49,476 bases of DNA, taken from positions 1 to 49,476 of the forward strand of contig JBAXWE010000003.1 in NCBI GenBank assembly GCA_037128565.1. Reading direction: 5' to 3'. Of this stretch, positions 10,331 to 20,272 are shown in pieces. Source of the stretch: a bacterium. GTDB taxonomy: Bacteria; Chloroflexota; Limnocylindria; Limnocylindrales; Limnocylindraceae. How positions within the stretch are numbered: position 1 is the first letter of the stretch; each line of letters begins with the position of its first letter. The notes beneath the pieces were generated by a model. It had not been told where the DNA came from. It worked only from the letters and a program-made list of their open reading frames with translations, and made no database searches. The translations under genes and the position numbers were made by a program.

Positions 10331-12904
10331 CTACGGAAGAGTTGTCGCCGATGCTGATGGAGCGGGGCTCGCCGTCGCTGAGAGGCAGGAGAGGGTAGGG
10401 GCGATTGTGCCACCCCATGTTGCGCCATTCGGTTGCCAATACGGAGCGTAGAAATACTGAGTCTTCCCACCGCGTGCGCCGCCAACGACGCCGGCTCCCA
10501 GTCGAGCACGTTCGATCCATTCAAGGTTTGCAGCCTGCCACTTGGGCCACTCCGATTCCAGTTGGGTGAGGTCTAGGTAACTCCCCTCAATTGGTGTGCC
10601 GCTGCACCCATCGGCCCAAAGTAGGCCCGTCGCACTATCGATGGTAAGGAGGCGCGTCGTGCTACACGCGGTAGTAGGCGCTGTGCCGGGGAAGAAGTAC
10701 TCCGTTGTGGTGCGAGTTGTGCATGCACCAGGAAGCTCACCCGTATGGACATCAATAGTGACCTTCTCTAAGCCTGTTGGCTCAGGGAAGCTCGCGATCG
10801 GCAGCTTGGACGAAATCTGCGTGAAGTAGGACTGCCAGAGGCCTCCTGCTGAGTCCCGGGCGTAGGCGTTTGCTGGGGTCGCGTCGGAGTTGCCCATCCA
10901 GGCACCAGTAACGAGAAGCGGTGCGGTGGGGTCGCTAGGGGCCGCCAGGTAGCCGAAGGCGGTCAGGTCCTTCGTCTGATCGGTCGTTCCGGTTTTAAAT
11001 GCGGCAGGGCGACGCTTTCCACCACTGGCAACAATCTTACGGCTTGCCCAAACAGGGTTGACCGCTGGATCGGTGTTGCCTGCAATGATGTTGGTCATGA
11101 GTTCCGCAGTCTCTTTTGCAAAGATTTGACTCGTGTTATCAATCGGCGCGGGGGCCTCCCAGATAACCGCCCCATCGCGGTCTTCAATGCGCAGAATGTA
11201 GCGTCGGCTGACCATCTTTCCTTCGTTCGCGAGCGCTCCGTAGGCTGAGAGAAGGTCGACATACCGGATCTCCAGGGTGCCGATCGCAAGCGATGCCCCA
11301 GCAACGTTCTCGTTGTTGTTTTGAAAGGTGAACGCCCCGTCACGCATTTGGCGCCAGATGCGGTCCTGGCCCGCACGGATGACCGCTTTGATTGCGGGCA
11401 CATTGAGAGAGCCCTGTAGCGCCTGTCGCATCCGCACCGGACCATGCTCACTCCCGTCGGAACCTGCTGGAGTCCACCCCTGACCAAAATCGACGGGAAC
11501 ATCCATCAGGATCGTCGCAGGCGTGATGGCGCGATCCTCCAGCGCATAACCGTAGGTGATTGGCTTAATCGCACTTCCGGGTTGTCGGTAGGCGCTCAGG
11601 ACATCGTATTGAGGCTGAAAGACGGTGCCAGCGGCTTCACCGTAGTAATCCGCTGAGCCTGCGTAGGCCAAGATGTCGCCCGTGCGTGCGTCAAGGGTTG
11701 CGATGGCGGCGTTGTTGATCGCCAAGCCGTGAATGGCTTTCAGCCAATTTGTCGGCTTTACACCGATCTCCTTTAGATAAGTTAAATAGTCCTTGATCTG
11801 CGTTGAGCGAACGGTGAGGGCCCACTGCTCTGCGGCTTGCTGCATGGTCCAATCGAGCGACGTAATAACTTTGTAGCCGCCAGTGTCAAGCTGCTGCTCG
11901 CAGCCTTCAGTGTTGGTGCAGAGGATCCCCGAGAGGAAATCACGCACCCGATTGATAAAGTGCGGAGCCTTCATCTTGCTGAGTGGTGAGGGGATCAGGA
12001 TGATCTCTTCCGTCCGTGCAGCCTGGACCTCAGCGTCGGTGAGGGTAGCTGTCTCTTGTGGGATCCCGCTCCCTCGGGCGGATGTGAGGAGATCTAACAC
12101 AACGTTGCGGCGCTGGGCGACGGCAGAGTCGAGTGGTACGCGGATGATTCCATCCGCGCCAACGATCGCATTCTGACGGAGGTCGTAGGTGCTCGGTGAC
12201 TGGGGAATCGCAGCGAGAAGGGCCATCTCGCCCAACGTGAGTTGTTCTAGCGTCTTGCCAAAGTACTGCTGCGATGCGGCTACGATGCCGTACGAGCGTG
12301 ATCCGTAGTAATTGTTATTGAGGTACTTGGCGATCACCTTCTCTTTGCCGACGCGTCCTGGGAACTGTTTGGTTAGCCGGATGGCCTGAATGATCTCTTT
12401 AACCTTGCGCTCGTAGACGCTGCCAGCAAAGGCAGAGTCTGGAAGCAGCACGCTACGAACAAGCTGCTGGGTGATGGTTGAGCCACCGCGCCCCGATCCC
12501 CGCACGGTATCAAGCGCGGCGGCTACGAAGCCGAGCGGATCGAATCCAGAGTTCCCCCAGTAGGTCTTATCTTCGATGGCGGTGGTGGTGTCGAGAACAA
12601 GGCTGGGGATGCTGGCGAAGTCAACCTCGGTGCGGAGATCGGAGCCAAAGGCGGCAAGCTGCACCGTGCCAGTCCGGTCGTAGACGGTGGTGTTCTGGTT
12701 CAGGACGATGGTATCTAGGTCTTTTGGATCTGGGAGGTCAGCGACGACGGCGCTGTAGATGGCGACCGTGCCGCCGTAGGCGATTGCAGCGATCAACAGG
12801 CAGGCGCCGAGGAGGGCGACTGGCAGCAGGGCAAAGAGCCCACCGAGAAGGCGTTTTCGGGGGCGACCGTTTCGCTGCATTGAGTTTCCCGACGCCATGT
12901 TCAT
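10331..12904 (-). CDS. Class A penicillin-binding protein (transglycosylase/transpeptidase, PBP1A family)
   Basis: N-terminal TM; TG motifs EDKTY, GGSTITQQL, RKVKE; TP motifs SAIK, SLN, KTGT. Start moved from 12988 to ATG 12904, which avoids overlap with tyrS and fits a -10. Confidence 0.93.
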   Translation of the reverse strand: MNMASGNSMQRNGRPRKRLLGGLFALLPVALLGACLLIAAIAYGGTVAIYSAVVADLPDPKDLDTIVLNQNTTVYDRTGTVQLAAFGSDLRTEVDFASIPSLVLDTTTAIEDKTYWGNSGFDPLGFVAAALDTVRGSGRGGSTITQQLVRSVLLPDSAFAGSVYERKVKEIIQAIRLTKQFPGRVGKEKVIAKYLNNNYYGSRSYGIVAASQQYFGKTLEQLTLGEMALLAAIPQSPSTYDLRQNAIVGADGIIRVPLDSAVAQRRNVVLDLLTSARGSGIPQETATLTDAEVQAARTEEIILIPSPLSKMKAPHFINRVRDFLSGILCTNTEGCEQQLDTGGYKVITSLDWTMQQAAEQWALTVRSTQIKDYLTYLKEIGVKPTNWLKAIHGLAINNAAIATLDARTGDILAYAGSADYYGEAAGTVFQPQYDVLSAYRQPGSAIKPITYGYALEDRAITPATILMDVPVDFGQGWTPAGSDGSEHGPVRMRQALQGSLNVPAIKAVIRAGQDRIWRQMRDGAFTFQNNNENVAGASLAIGTLEIRYVDLLSAYGALANEGKMVSRRYILRIEDRDGAVIWEAPAPIDNTSQIFAKETAELMTNIIAGNTDPAVNPVWASRKIVASGGKRRPAAFKTGTTDQTKDLTAFGYLAAPSDPTAPLLVTGAWMGNSDATPANAYARDSAGGLWQSYFTQISSKLPIASFPEPTGLEKVTIDVHTGELPGACTTRTTTEYFFPGTAPTTACSTTRLLTIDSATGLLWADGCSGTPIEGSYLDLTQLESEWPKWQAANLEWIERARLGAGVVGGARGGKTQYFYAPYWQPNGATWGGTIAPTLSCLSATASPAPSASATTLP

Positions 12905-12928
12905 CGTAGTGAAGGTAGCATAAGGAGC
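12905..12928. promoter_or_regulatory. Bidirectional overlapping -10 elements between pbp and tyrS
   Basis: + strand TAGCAT (12916-12921) is 7 nt before the tyrS ATG. - strand TGcTACCTT (hexamer 12917-12912) is 7 nt before the pbp ATG. Confidence 0.6.
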
Positions 12929-14236
12929 ATGGCGAACCCTTTGGCCTCTGCGCTGCTCCGAGACCTTACCGAGCGAGGTCTGGTCCACGACGTGACAGCG
13001 GGCTTAGACCAGCGCCTCTCGGCAAATCCAGCGATCAGCGCCTATATCGGTTTCGATCCGTCCGCCGATTCGCTGCATGTTGGACATCTCATGGGTGTCC
13101 TGGCATTGCGCCGGTTGCAGCTTCATGGCGGTCGCCCAGTGGCCCTCGTTGGCGGCGGGACGGGGATGATTGGAGACCCGTCTGGACGTTCGGCGGAACG
13201 TAACCTGCTCGACCGACCGACACTCGATCACAATCGCGCGGCAATCGGTGCCCAACTCGCAACCCTCGTCGACTTCTCTGGAAAGAGCGGCGCACTCCTG
13301 CTCGATAATCTTAGTTGGCTCGGAGACCTCGGCCTGATCGATTTCTTGCGTGATACGGGGAAACATCTCACCGTCGGCTACATGTTGGCGAAGGAGAGCG
13401 TGAAGACTCGGCTTGAGGGTGGCCTCTCGTTCACTGAATTTAGCTACATGCTCCTCCAGAGCTACGACTTTTTGATGCTACGGAGGCTGCACGGTGTGGA
13501 GTTGCAGATGGGTGGTTCGGATCAGTGGGGGAATATCACCGCTGGCACCGAGCTGATCCGGCGCACAGAGGGCGAAGCCGCCGATGGCGTACCGCAAGCA
13601 TTCGGCCTCTGCTACCCACTCCTGCTTGCGAAGAGTGGGGCGAAGTTTGGAAAAACAGCAGAGGGTGCCGTCTGGCTAGATCCGGCCAGAACGAGCCCGT
13701 TTGCCTTCCGGCAGTTTTGGATGGAGCAAGATGATGATTCGATCGCTTCGCTCCTGCAGCGCTTCACCCTGGATAGCGTTACTGAGACGGCGACGCTCAT
13801 GGCACGGCACGCCGAGAATCCAGCCGCGCGACGAGCGCAGCGCCATCTCGCGCGTACGGTGACCACCATGGTTCATGGTGCCGACGTCGAAGCGCGTGCC
13901 GCAAGCGTTGCCGACGCCCTGTTCGGAGGCGGTGAAGGGGGCGCACCCGACCTTCGTGCTCTAACCCCTGACGCTATAGCGATGCTGGCCGGCGAGCTGC
14001 CAACGAGTGACCTACCAGTTGCCGCCGATGCGACACTGGTGGACCTCGTCATCGCTGCCGGGCTCGCCACCTCGAAGAGCGAGGCACGCCGCCTGATCGA
14101 ACAGGGGGGCGTGAGCGTGAACGGTGCCTCAGCAACCGACCTGGCCGCCACCACATCTTCCTTCTCGCCACTGGCCGACGGCTCCCTTCTTCTCCGCAAG
14201 GGGCGCCGCGACTACCGCCTTCTACGACGCTCGTAA
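12929..14236 (+). CDS. tyrS: Tyrosyl-tRNA synthetase
   Basis: GFDPSADSLHVGH, MIGDPSGR, QMGGSDQWGNI, KFGKT, C-terminal S4 domain. Confidence 0.98.
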   Translation: MANPLASALLRDLTERGLVHDVTAGLDQRLSANPAISAYIGFDPSADSLHVGHLMGVLALRRLQLHGGRPVALVGGGTGMIGDPSGRSAERNLLDRPTLDHNRAAIGAQLATLVDFSGKSGALLLDNLSWLGDLGLIDFLRDTGKHLTVGYMLAKESVKTRLEGGLSFTEFSYMLLQSYDFLMLRRLHGVELQMGGSDQWGNITAGTELIRRTEGEAADGVPQAFGLCYPLLLAKSGAKFGKTAEGAVWLDPARTSPFAFRQFWMEQDDDSIASLLQRFTLDSVTETATLMARHAENPAARRAQRHLARTVTTMVHGADVEARAASVADALFGGGEGGAPDLRALTPDAIAMLAGELPTSDLPVAADATLVDLVIAAGLATSKSEARRLIEQGGVSVNGASATDLAATTSSFSPLADGSLLLRKGRRDYRLLRRS

Positions 14237-14271
14237 CCCTCGACCCATAGGGGGATGGCGGGCGCCTCGCC

Positions 14272-14277
14272 TATACT
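14272..14277 (+). promoter_or_regulatory. -10 element TATACT, leaderless promoter of the yebC-ruv operon
   Basis: TATACT is 6 nt upstream of ATG 14284 and no SD is present. Confidence 0.65.
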
Positions 14278-14283
14278 CCCCGC

Positions 14284-15024
14284 ATGTCTGGACATTCAAA
14301 ATGGTCGACGATCAAGCGCGCCAAGGGGGCGACCGACGCGAAGCGTGCCGCCCAATTCACGAAGGTGTCGCGCGAAATCACCATCGCCGCGCGCATCAGC
14401 GGCCCGGATCCCGCCGCTAACCCGCGCCTTCGCCTCGCCATCGACAAGGGGCGCGGCCTCAACATGCCGAACGACAACATTAAGCGCGCCATCGAGCGCG
14501 CCGCTGGCCTCGGACAGAGCGACGCCTATGAAGAGATTGTCTATGAGGGGTATGGCCCGGGTGGCGTCGCCGTGCTCGTTGAGGCCGCGACCGACAACCG
14601 GAACCGCACAGCATCTGAGGTGCGCAGCCTCTTCACTAAGTCTGGTGGCGCCTTGGCTAGCAGCGGCGCCGTTGCCTGGCAATTTGAGGCACGCGGAGTT
14701 ATTGAGTGCCTTGGCACGTTTGACGCAGTGGGGGAGGCGGCCATCGAAGCTGGCGCCGCCGATGTTGAGGCAGACGGAGATTCCGTGTTTGTCTACTCCG
14801 ACCCACAAGAGATCCACGCGGTGCAGAGCGCACTCGAAACAGCGGGCGTCAAGGTGAAGAGCGCTGAATCCGGCATCGTGGCGAAATCAACTGTTGAGGT
14901 CTCCGCGGATGATGCGCGCAAGAACCTAAAGCTCATTGATGCGCTGGAAGAGCTTGATGATGTGCAGCGCGTAACGGCGAACTTCGAGGTGCCGCCCGAG
15001 GTGTTCGCCGAGATCGCTGGATGA
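14284..15024 (+). CDS. yebC: YebC/PmpR family protein
   Basis: MSGHSKWSTIK, YEGYGPGGVA, TDNRNRT, LEELDDVQ. Confidence 0.97.
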   Translation: MSGHSKWSTIKRAKGATDAKRAAQFTKVSREITIAARISGPDPAANPRLRLAIDKGRGLNMPNDNIKRAIERAAGLGQSDAYEEIVYEGYGPGGVAVLVEAATDNRNRTASEVRSLFTKSGGALASSGAVAWQFEARGVIECLGTFDAVGEAAIEAGAADVEADGDSVFVYSDPQEIHAVQSALETAGVKVKSAESGIVAKSTVEVSADDARKNLKLIDALEELDDVQRVTANFEVPPEVFAEIAG

Positions 15025-15608
15025 ACATGCGTGTCCTGGGACTCGACCCGGGAACGGCAACCTTCGGTTGGGGAGTAGTAGATGCCGGTGGCGCGCTCCC
15101 GGTACATGTTGCGCACGGCGCACTGCGCACGGTGGCGACGCTGACACTCGGGGCTCGACTCAGCATATTGAGAGATGGAGTCACGGCACTCATTGAAGAG
15201 CATCGACCAGATCGCATCGCGATTGAACGCATCTTCTCGCAATCAAACGTGCAAACAGCCGTAGCGATTGGCGCCGTTCGCGGGGTGGCTCTGCTGATTG
15301 CCGCTGACCATGCAATTGAGGTGGTTGAGGCCACCCCCTCCGAGATGAAGCGTGCCATTGCGGGCGAGGGTCGAGCGACCAAGGCCGCCGTGACGAAAGC
15401 GATTACCAAACTACTTGCACTATCTACTGCGCCAACGCCAGACGACGCTGCCGACGCGCTTGCCCTTGCGCTTTGGGGCGCAGGCGCGCGCAAACTTGCA
15501 CATCGTTCCGGCTCATCCCGTTTTGATCGCTCCGCGTCGGCGGCGGCTGCCGCAGAGAGTGGATTTGATCGCGCGGTGCGTGCCGCTCTGCGCGCCGGGA
15601 GGTCCTAA
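15021..15608 (+). CDS. ruvC: Holliday junction resolvase RuvC
   Basis: VLGLDPG, IAIERIF, GRATK, PDDAADALALA. Confidence 0.96.
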   Translation: MNMRVLGLDPGTATFGWGVVDAGGALPVHVAHGALRTVATLTLGARLSILRDGVTALIEEHRPDRIAIERIFSQSNVQTAVAIGAVRGVALLIAADHAIEVVEATPSEMKRAIAGEGRATKAAVTKAITKLLALSTAPTPDDAADALALALWGAGARKLAHRSGSSRFDRSASAAAAAESGFDRAVRAALRAGRS

Positions 15609-15610
15609 TC

Positions 15611-16198
15611 GTGTACGCCCACATTCAAGGCTCCGTGCTCTGGGTCGAAGATGACGCCGTGGTGATCGGCGCAAACGGGCTCGGCCTGCGTGTTCGCACA
15701 CTTCCGGCAATCTTGAGCACTGCTGCTGAAGGGGCGCCACTTGCGCTCTATCTGCATCACATCGTGCGTGAAGATAGCGAGACCCTCGTGGGATTCCCGA
15801 CACGTGATCAGGCGCGACTCTTCGCTACCCTGCTTGATGTGAGCGGTGTCGGGCCGAAGGTTGCGATCGCCCTCCTCGCAACGCACGGTCCAGATCTTCT
15901 TCGTCGGGCGCTCGTCGACGGTGACGAAACGCTCGTTGCCAAAGCGCCTGGGGTAGGGAAGCGGCTGGCGGCGCGCATCATTGTTGAGCTCGGTGATCGT
16001 ATGAGCAGAGAGGCTTCAGCCGAGGGTGAGGCTGGCGCAAAGGGTGATGCGGATCGCGATCTGCAGGGCGCCCTCCGCAGCCTCGGCTTCCCAGCCAGGG
16101 AGGCGAAGGAGATGGCGGGCGCCGTGTCTGCGACGGCATCACTGGCTGCGGCGCCGCTCGCAGATCGACTCCGCGCAGCCCTGAAGGAGCGAGCATGA
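15611..16198 (+). CDS. ruvA: Holliday junction branch migration protein RuvA
   Basis: VREDSETLVGF, HhH motifs VSGVGPKVA and PGVGKRLAARI, ALRSLGF. Confidence 0.96.
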   Translation: MYAHIQGSVLWVEDDAVVIGANGLGLRVRTLPAILSTAAEGAPLALYLHHIVREDSETLVGFPTRDQARLFATLLDVSGVGPKVAIALLATHGPDLLRRALVDGDETLVAKAPGVGKRLAARIIVELGDRMSREASAEGEAGAKGDADRDLQGALRSLGFPAREAKEMAGAVSATASLAAAPLADRLRAALKERA

Positions 16199-17199
16199 GC
16201 GACGAATCGCGTTCCGACGTCGCAGAGCTAAGTGCTGAGACCACGCTACGACCGGCGTCACTCGGGGAGTACATCGGCCAGGCAGAAGCGAAGCGCTCGC
16301 TCACCACGCTGTTGCAGGCGGCACGCGAGCGCGGGGAGGCTGCCGACCACCTTCTACTGCACGGACCTCCCGGGCTGGGGAAGACCACCCTGGCAGCGAT
16401 CGTCGCCAAGGAGCTGGGCGTTGAGATTCGCTTCACCTCGGGGCCAGCCATTGAGCACGGCGGACAGATGGCTGCAATCCTCACCGACCTTACGCCGCGG
16501 CAGGTGCTCTTCATTGATGAGATCCACCGCCTCGGTCGAGCAGTCGAAGAGGTGCTCTATCCCGCGATGGAGGATCGCTCCATTGACATTGTCATTGGCA
16601 ACCGTGGATCGGCACAGTCGCTGCGACTCGACATTGCACCATTCACCCTCATCGGCGCCACTACGCGCGTCGGCATGCTCTCCTCGCCGCTGCGCGATCG
16701 TTTCGGCGCCGTCCAGCGCCTCGACTTTTATGACGATGCCGATCTCGCTGCAATCGTTCGTCGCTCCGCGGGGATCCTCGGGATTGAGATTGCCGCTGAT
16801 GCCGCTGCACTGATCGCGGCGCGCAGTCGCGGAACGCCGCGAGTCGCAAACCGTCTTCTACGCCGCGTGCGCGATGAGGTACAGGTGGCTGGCTCCACGA
16901 ACATCACCGTTGAGGCGGCGGCACATGCGCTGCAGGGTTTACAGATTGATGAGGCGGGCCTTGATGCGACCGATCGAAAGCTCCTCACCATCATGATTGA
17001 AAAGTTTAATGGGGGACCAGTCGGCGTTGCCGCGATGGCGGCGCTGCTCGGCGAGTCTGCCGACGCGCTGGAAGATGTCTTTGAGCCATACCTGCTGCGC
17101 ATTGGGTTCATTGATCGCACCCCACAGGGTCGCGTCGTGACCGAAGCGGCCCGTGCCCATCTCGGCAAGGATTCGGCTTCACTCTGGGGGAAACGCTGA
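16195..17199 (+). CDS. ruvB: Holliday junction helicase RuvB
   Basis: LRPASLGEYIGQ, GPPGLGKTT, FIDEIHR, SRGTPR, RTPQGR. Confidence 0.98.
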   Translation: MSDESRSDVAELSAETTLRPASLGEYIGQAEAKRSLTTLLQAARERGEAADHLLLHGPPGLGKTTLAAIVAKELGVEIRFTSGPAIEHGGQMAAILTDLTPRQVLFIDEIHRLGRAVEEVLYPAMEDRSIDIVIGNRGSAQSLRLDIAPFTLIGATTRVGMLSSPLRDRFGAVQRLDFYDDADLAAIVRRSAGILGIEIAADAAALIAARSRGTPRVANRLLRRVRDEVQVAGSTNITVEAAAHALQGLQIDEAGLDATDRKLLTIMIEKFNGGPVGVAAMAALLGESADALEDVFEPYLLRIGFIDRTPQGRVVTEAARAHLGKDSASLWGKR

Positions 17200-18512
17200 A
17201 CCGGTCAGAACAGTTCGCTGCGCTCTCTGATCCAGCCACGCTGCCAGCGCGCGCCGGTGGCGCCGCACAGTTCACGATTACTGCGCAGGACAAGGCGTCG
17301 CGCGCCCGAGCAGGAGAGTTGCGTTTAGGTCACGGCGTCGTACAGACGCCAGACTTCATGCCCGTTGGCACAAACGCCACCGTGAAGTCACTCGACCCTG
17401 AGGATCTGAAGGCGCTCGGCGCACAGATCATCCTCGCGAATACCTATCACCTCTACCTGCGCCCAGGACATGAACGGGTGCAGCGATTCGGTGGCCTTCA
17501 CGAGTTCATGCAGTGGGATCGACCGATCCTGACCGACTCCGGTGGGTTTCAGGTGGTCTCTCTTGGGCCGCTGATGCGCATCAACGAAGAGGGTGCGAAA
17601 TTCAGCAGTCATCTTGATGGTTCCATGCATCTTTTTACCCCTGAGCGATCCATAGAGGTGCAGCAGGCACTCGGGCCAGATATTGCCGTTGCCTTTGATC
17701 AGCCGGTCATGCCAGAGGGGAGCACCGACCGCGAGGTGCGACGAGCGATGGATCGCACGCATCGTTGGGCGGTTCGTTCGTTGCGAGCGCACAGCCGCCC
17801 AGACCAGGCGCTCTTCGGCATTGCGCAGGGCGGGATTAACCCCGAGCTGCGTGCCGAATCTGCCACCTACATCCGCTCACTCCCGTTCGACGGCATCAAT
17901 CTCGGCGGTCTGGCGGGGGACGAAACCCCAGAGCAGCGCAACACCGCGATCGACGCAACCATCGCTGTGCTGGAAGGCGATACGCGCGTCCGCTACCTGA
18001 TGGGCCTCGGGTCACCCGTAGACCTCCTCGAAGCCGTACTCCGTGGCGTCGACCTCTTCGACTCCGTCCTACCCGCCCGCGTGGCCCGCAATGGGCAAGC
18101 CTGGGTCACTGGGGGGCGGCTCAATCTGCGCAACGCCCGCCACCTCGATGAGCAGGAGCCGGTCGATGCTCAGTGCGATTGCAGCACGTGCAGGCGCTTC
18201 AGCCGCGCCTACCTGGCGCACCTCTTCCGAGCCGAAGAGCTCCTTGCCTACCGCCTGCTCACGATCCACAACCTGCGCCATATGAGCGCCTTCATGGGGG
18301 AGGTTCGGGGAGCCATCGCGTCGGGTACACTCGCCGCTGAACTGCCGCGCCTTCGGGCTGCGGCTGGGGGGCCGGGGACCCCCCGACTTGGAGCCGGCGA
18401 TGAGCCGGGCGCCGTGCCAGAGCGCGGTGCGATGCAGCCGCGGTACGCCGCGGCAGGCAGACTTCGAGGAGCTCAGCAGAAGAGGGCTGTAGCGTCGGAA
18501 GATAAGGAGTAA
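17196..18512 (+). CDS. tgt: tRNA-guanine transglycosylase (probable CTG start at 17196; first canonical start is TTG 17319)
   Basis: TPDFMPVGT, NTYHL, TDSGGFQ, DLFDSVLP, Zn site CDCSTC...H. The conserved N-terminal strand FTITAQDKASRARAG lies upstream of 17319. Confidence 0.93.
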   Translation: MNRSEQFAALSDPATLPARAGGAAQFTITAQDKASRARAGELRLGHGVVQTPDFMPVGTNATVKSLDPEDLKALGAQIILANTYHLYLRPGHERVQRFGGLHEFMQWDRPILTDSGGFQVVSLGPLMRINEEGAKFSSHLDGSMHLFTPERSIEVQQALGPDIAVAFDQPVMPEGSTDREVRRAMDRTHRWAVRSLRAHSRPDQALFGIAQGGINPELRAESATYIRSLPFDGINLGGLAGDETPEQRNTAIDATIAVLEGDTRVRYLMGLGSPVDLLEAVLRGVDLFDSVLPARVARNGQAWVTGGRLNLRNARHLDEQEPVDAQCDCSTCRRFSRAYLAHLFRAEELLAYRLLTIHNLRHMSAFMGEVRGAIASGTLAAELPRLRAAAGGPGTPRLGAGDEPGAVPERGAMQPRYAAAGRLRGAQQKRAVASEDKE

Positions 18513-18515
18513 CCC

Positions 18516-19598
18516 ATGGCAGAGAAGAGCGAATCCAAGAAGAGCGCAGCCGTCGAGCCAAAGGAGGAGGGGAAGCCCTCCACTGAGCGCACCCGCGCAG
18601 TTGACGCGGCGATCCTCACCATTGAGAAGCAGTTCGGTCGCGGCGCGATCATGAAGCTCGGCTCACGCGAGCGACTCGCGATCGATTCCATCCCAACCGG
18701 AGCGATCTCACTCGATATCGCCCTTGGCGTTGGTGGCCTACCGAAGGGTCGCATCAGCGAGATCTTCGGGCCAGAATCGTCGGGTAAGACCACGATCGCC
18801 CAGCACATCATTGCCGAGGCACAACGCCGTGGTGGTGTGGCAGCCTTCATTGACGTCGAGCATGCGCTCGATTCAGCGTATGCCGCACAGACTGGCGTGA
18901 ACGTGAACGAGCTGCTTGTCAGCCAGCCAGATACCGGCGAACAGGCGCTTGAAATTGCTGAAACCCTCATTCGTTCAGGCGGGGTTGACATTGTTGTCAT
19001 TGACTCAGTCGCGGCACTTGTGCCACGCGCTGAGATCGAAGGCGAGATGGGTGACTCGTTTGTCGGCATTCAGGCGCGCCTCATGAGCCAGGCACTCCGC
19101 AAGCTGACTGGTGCAGTGGCCCGTTCCAACACGGTGCTCCTCTTTACGAACCAGTTGCGCGAGAAGATCGGCGTCATGTACGGCAGCCCAGAGACGACCC
19201 CGGGCGGTCGTGCGCTGAAGTTCTACGCCTCGGTTCGCCTCGACATTCGACGAATCGAGACGATCAAGAACGCTACAGAGGCCGTCGGCTCTCGTGTACG
19301 AGTGAAGGTCGTGAAGAACAAGGTGGCCGCGCCATTCCGCATCGCCGAATTTGACATCATGTACGGCGAAGGGATCAGCATGGCGGGTGGCCTGCTTGAC
19401 GTTGGTGTCGCAGCCGACGTTGTCTCCAAGACCGGCGCCTGGTTCAATTATGGCGACGTGCGCCTCGGCCAGGGCCGAGAGCAGTCGAAGGAGTTCCTTA
19501 AGGCGAATCCTGACGTGGCCGCCGAGATCGATGCGAAGCTGCGCACGATGTCGACGACACTTGAGGTTCCTGTCGCCGTCGCTCCCGAAGCGGAGTAA
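18516..19598 (+). CDS. recA: Recombinase RecA
   Basis: [44 protein letters not shown]. Confidence 0.99.
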   Translation: MAEKSESKKSAAVEPKEEGKPSTERTRAVDAAILTIEKQFGRGAIMKLGSRERLAIDSIPTGAISLDIALGVGGLPKGRISEIFGPESSGKTTIAQHIIAEAQRRGGVAAFIDVEHALDSAYAAQTGVNVNELLVSQPDTGEQALEIAETLIRSGGVDIVVIDSVAALVPRAEIEGEMGDSFVGIQARLMSQALRKLTGAVARSNTVLLFTNQLREKIGVMYGSPETTPGGRALKFYASVRLDIRRIETIKNATEAVGSRVRVKVVKNKVAAPFRIAEFDIMYGEGISMAGGLLDVGVAADVVSKTGAWFNYGDVRLGQGREQSKEFLKANPDVAAEIDAKLRTMSTTLEVPVAVAPEAE

Positions 19599-19607
19599 CG
19601 GTGCGTC

Positions 19608-20216
19608 GTGGCGCATCGCCGCGACCCTGAAGCACAGAGAGCCCGCCGAGCGGCGGCAGAGGCCTCCGATGTCTTGGAGGCAGCTGCACGCTCGCTCAGC
19701 GGTGCGCCGCGCTCGCGCAAGAGTCTCGAAGAGCGGCTAGTTAGCGCCGGTTATCCGGAAGTGCATGTGCGCACCGCAGTAGCTCGACTTGTTGAGATCG
19801 GCCTCATTGATGACGAGCGCTTCGGGCAGGCGCTGCTCGATTCGCGTGATCGTTCACGGCAGCGTGGTGATCGTGCGCTCCTGCAGGAGCTGAAGCGGCG
19901 TGGCATCGACGAAGGACTCGCTCAGAAACTCTTGGCGCAGCGCGCCGCTGGGGAGGCGCAGAGCATTGAGCCGGTCTGGGGGGCGACACTACGGGTCGTT
20001 GAGGAGCATGCTGAGGGGGCCGAGGAGCGCGCCGCACGGGCCGCCTTGGCCAAGTTGCGCTTACGCGGTGGTGATGCCCGCGCCGAGGTCCAGCGACTGG
20101 CCCAGGGGCTAGCTCGACGGGGTTTCCCGAGTGCCCTCTCCTGGCGCCTCGCCCGGGAACGCGTCGAGTCCGAAACCCGGACCCCTGCGACCGAGGGGGA
20201 CGCCGAGGGGGAGTAG
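19608..20216 (+). CDS. recX: Regulatory protein RecX
   Basis: Directly after recA; GLIDDERF, QELKRRGI, LARRGF helical repeats. Confidence 0.88.
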   Translation: MAHRRDPEAQRARRAAAEASDVLEAAARSLSGAPRSRKSLEERLVSAGYPEVHVRTAVARLVEIGLIDDERFGQALLDSRDRSRQRGDRALLQELKRRGIDEGLAQKLLAQRAAGEAQSIEPVWGATLRVVEEHAEGAEERAARAALAKLRLRGGDARAEVQRLAQGLARRGFPSALSWRLARERVESETRTPATEGDAEGE

Positions 20217-20243
20217 TCCCGGCACGCTCAACGCCATGGGCGT

Positions 20244-20272
20244 TTGACCGATCTGGCGGGTAGGCGTAGCCT
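20244..20272 (+). promoter_or_regulatory. Sigma70-type promoter for rny (TTGACC-17bp-TAGCCT)
   Basis: Canonical spacing. It precedes a ~73-nt structured leader. Confidence 0.6.

Noticed and set aside
12905-12988. Track start of the PBP ORF at 12988
   Set aside because: It overlaps tyrS head-to-head. ATG 12904 has a correctly spaced -10.
18350-18515. LexA box or separate small gene before recA
   Set aside because: No GAAC-N4-GTTC was found. The stretch is an in-frame low-complexity C-terminal tail of Tgt.
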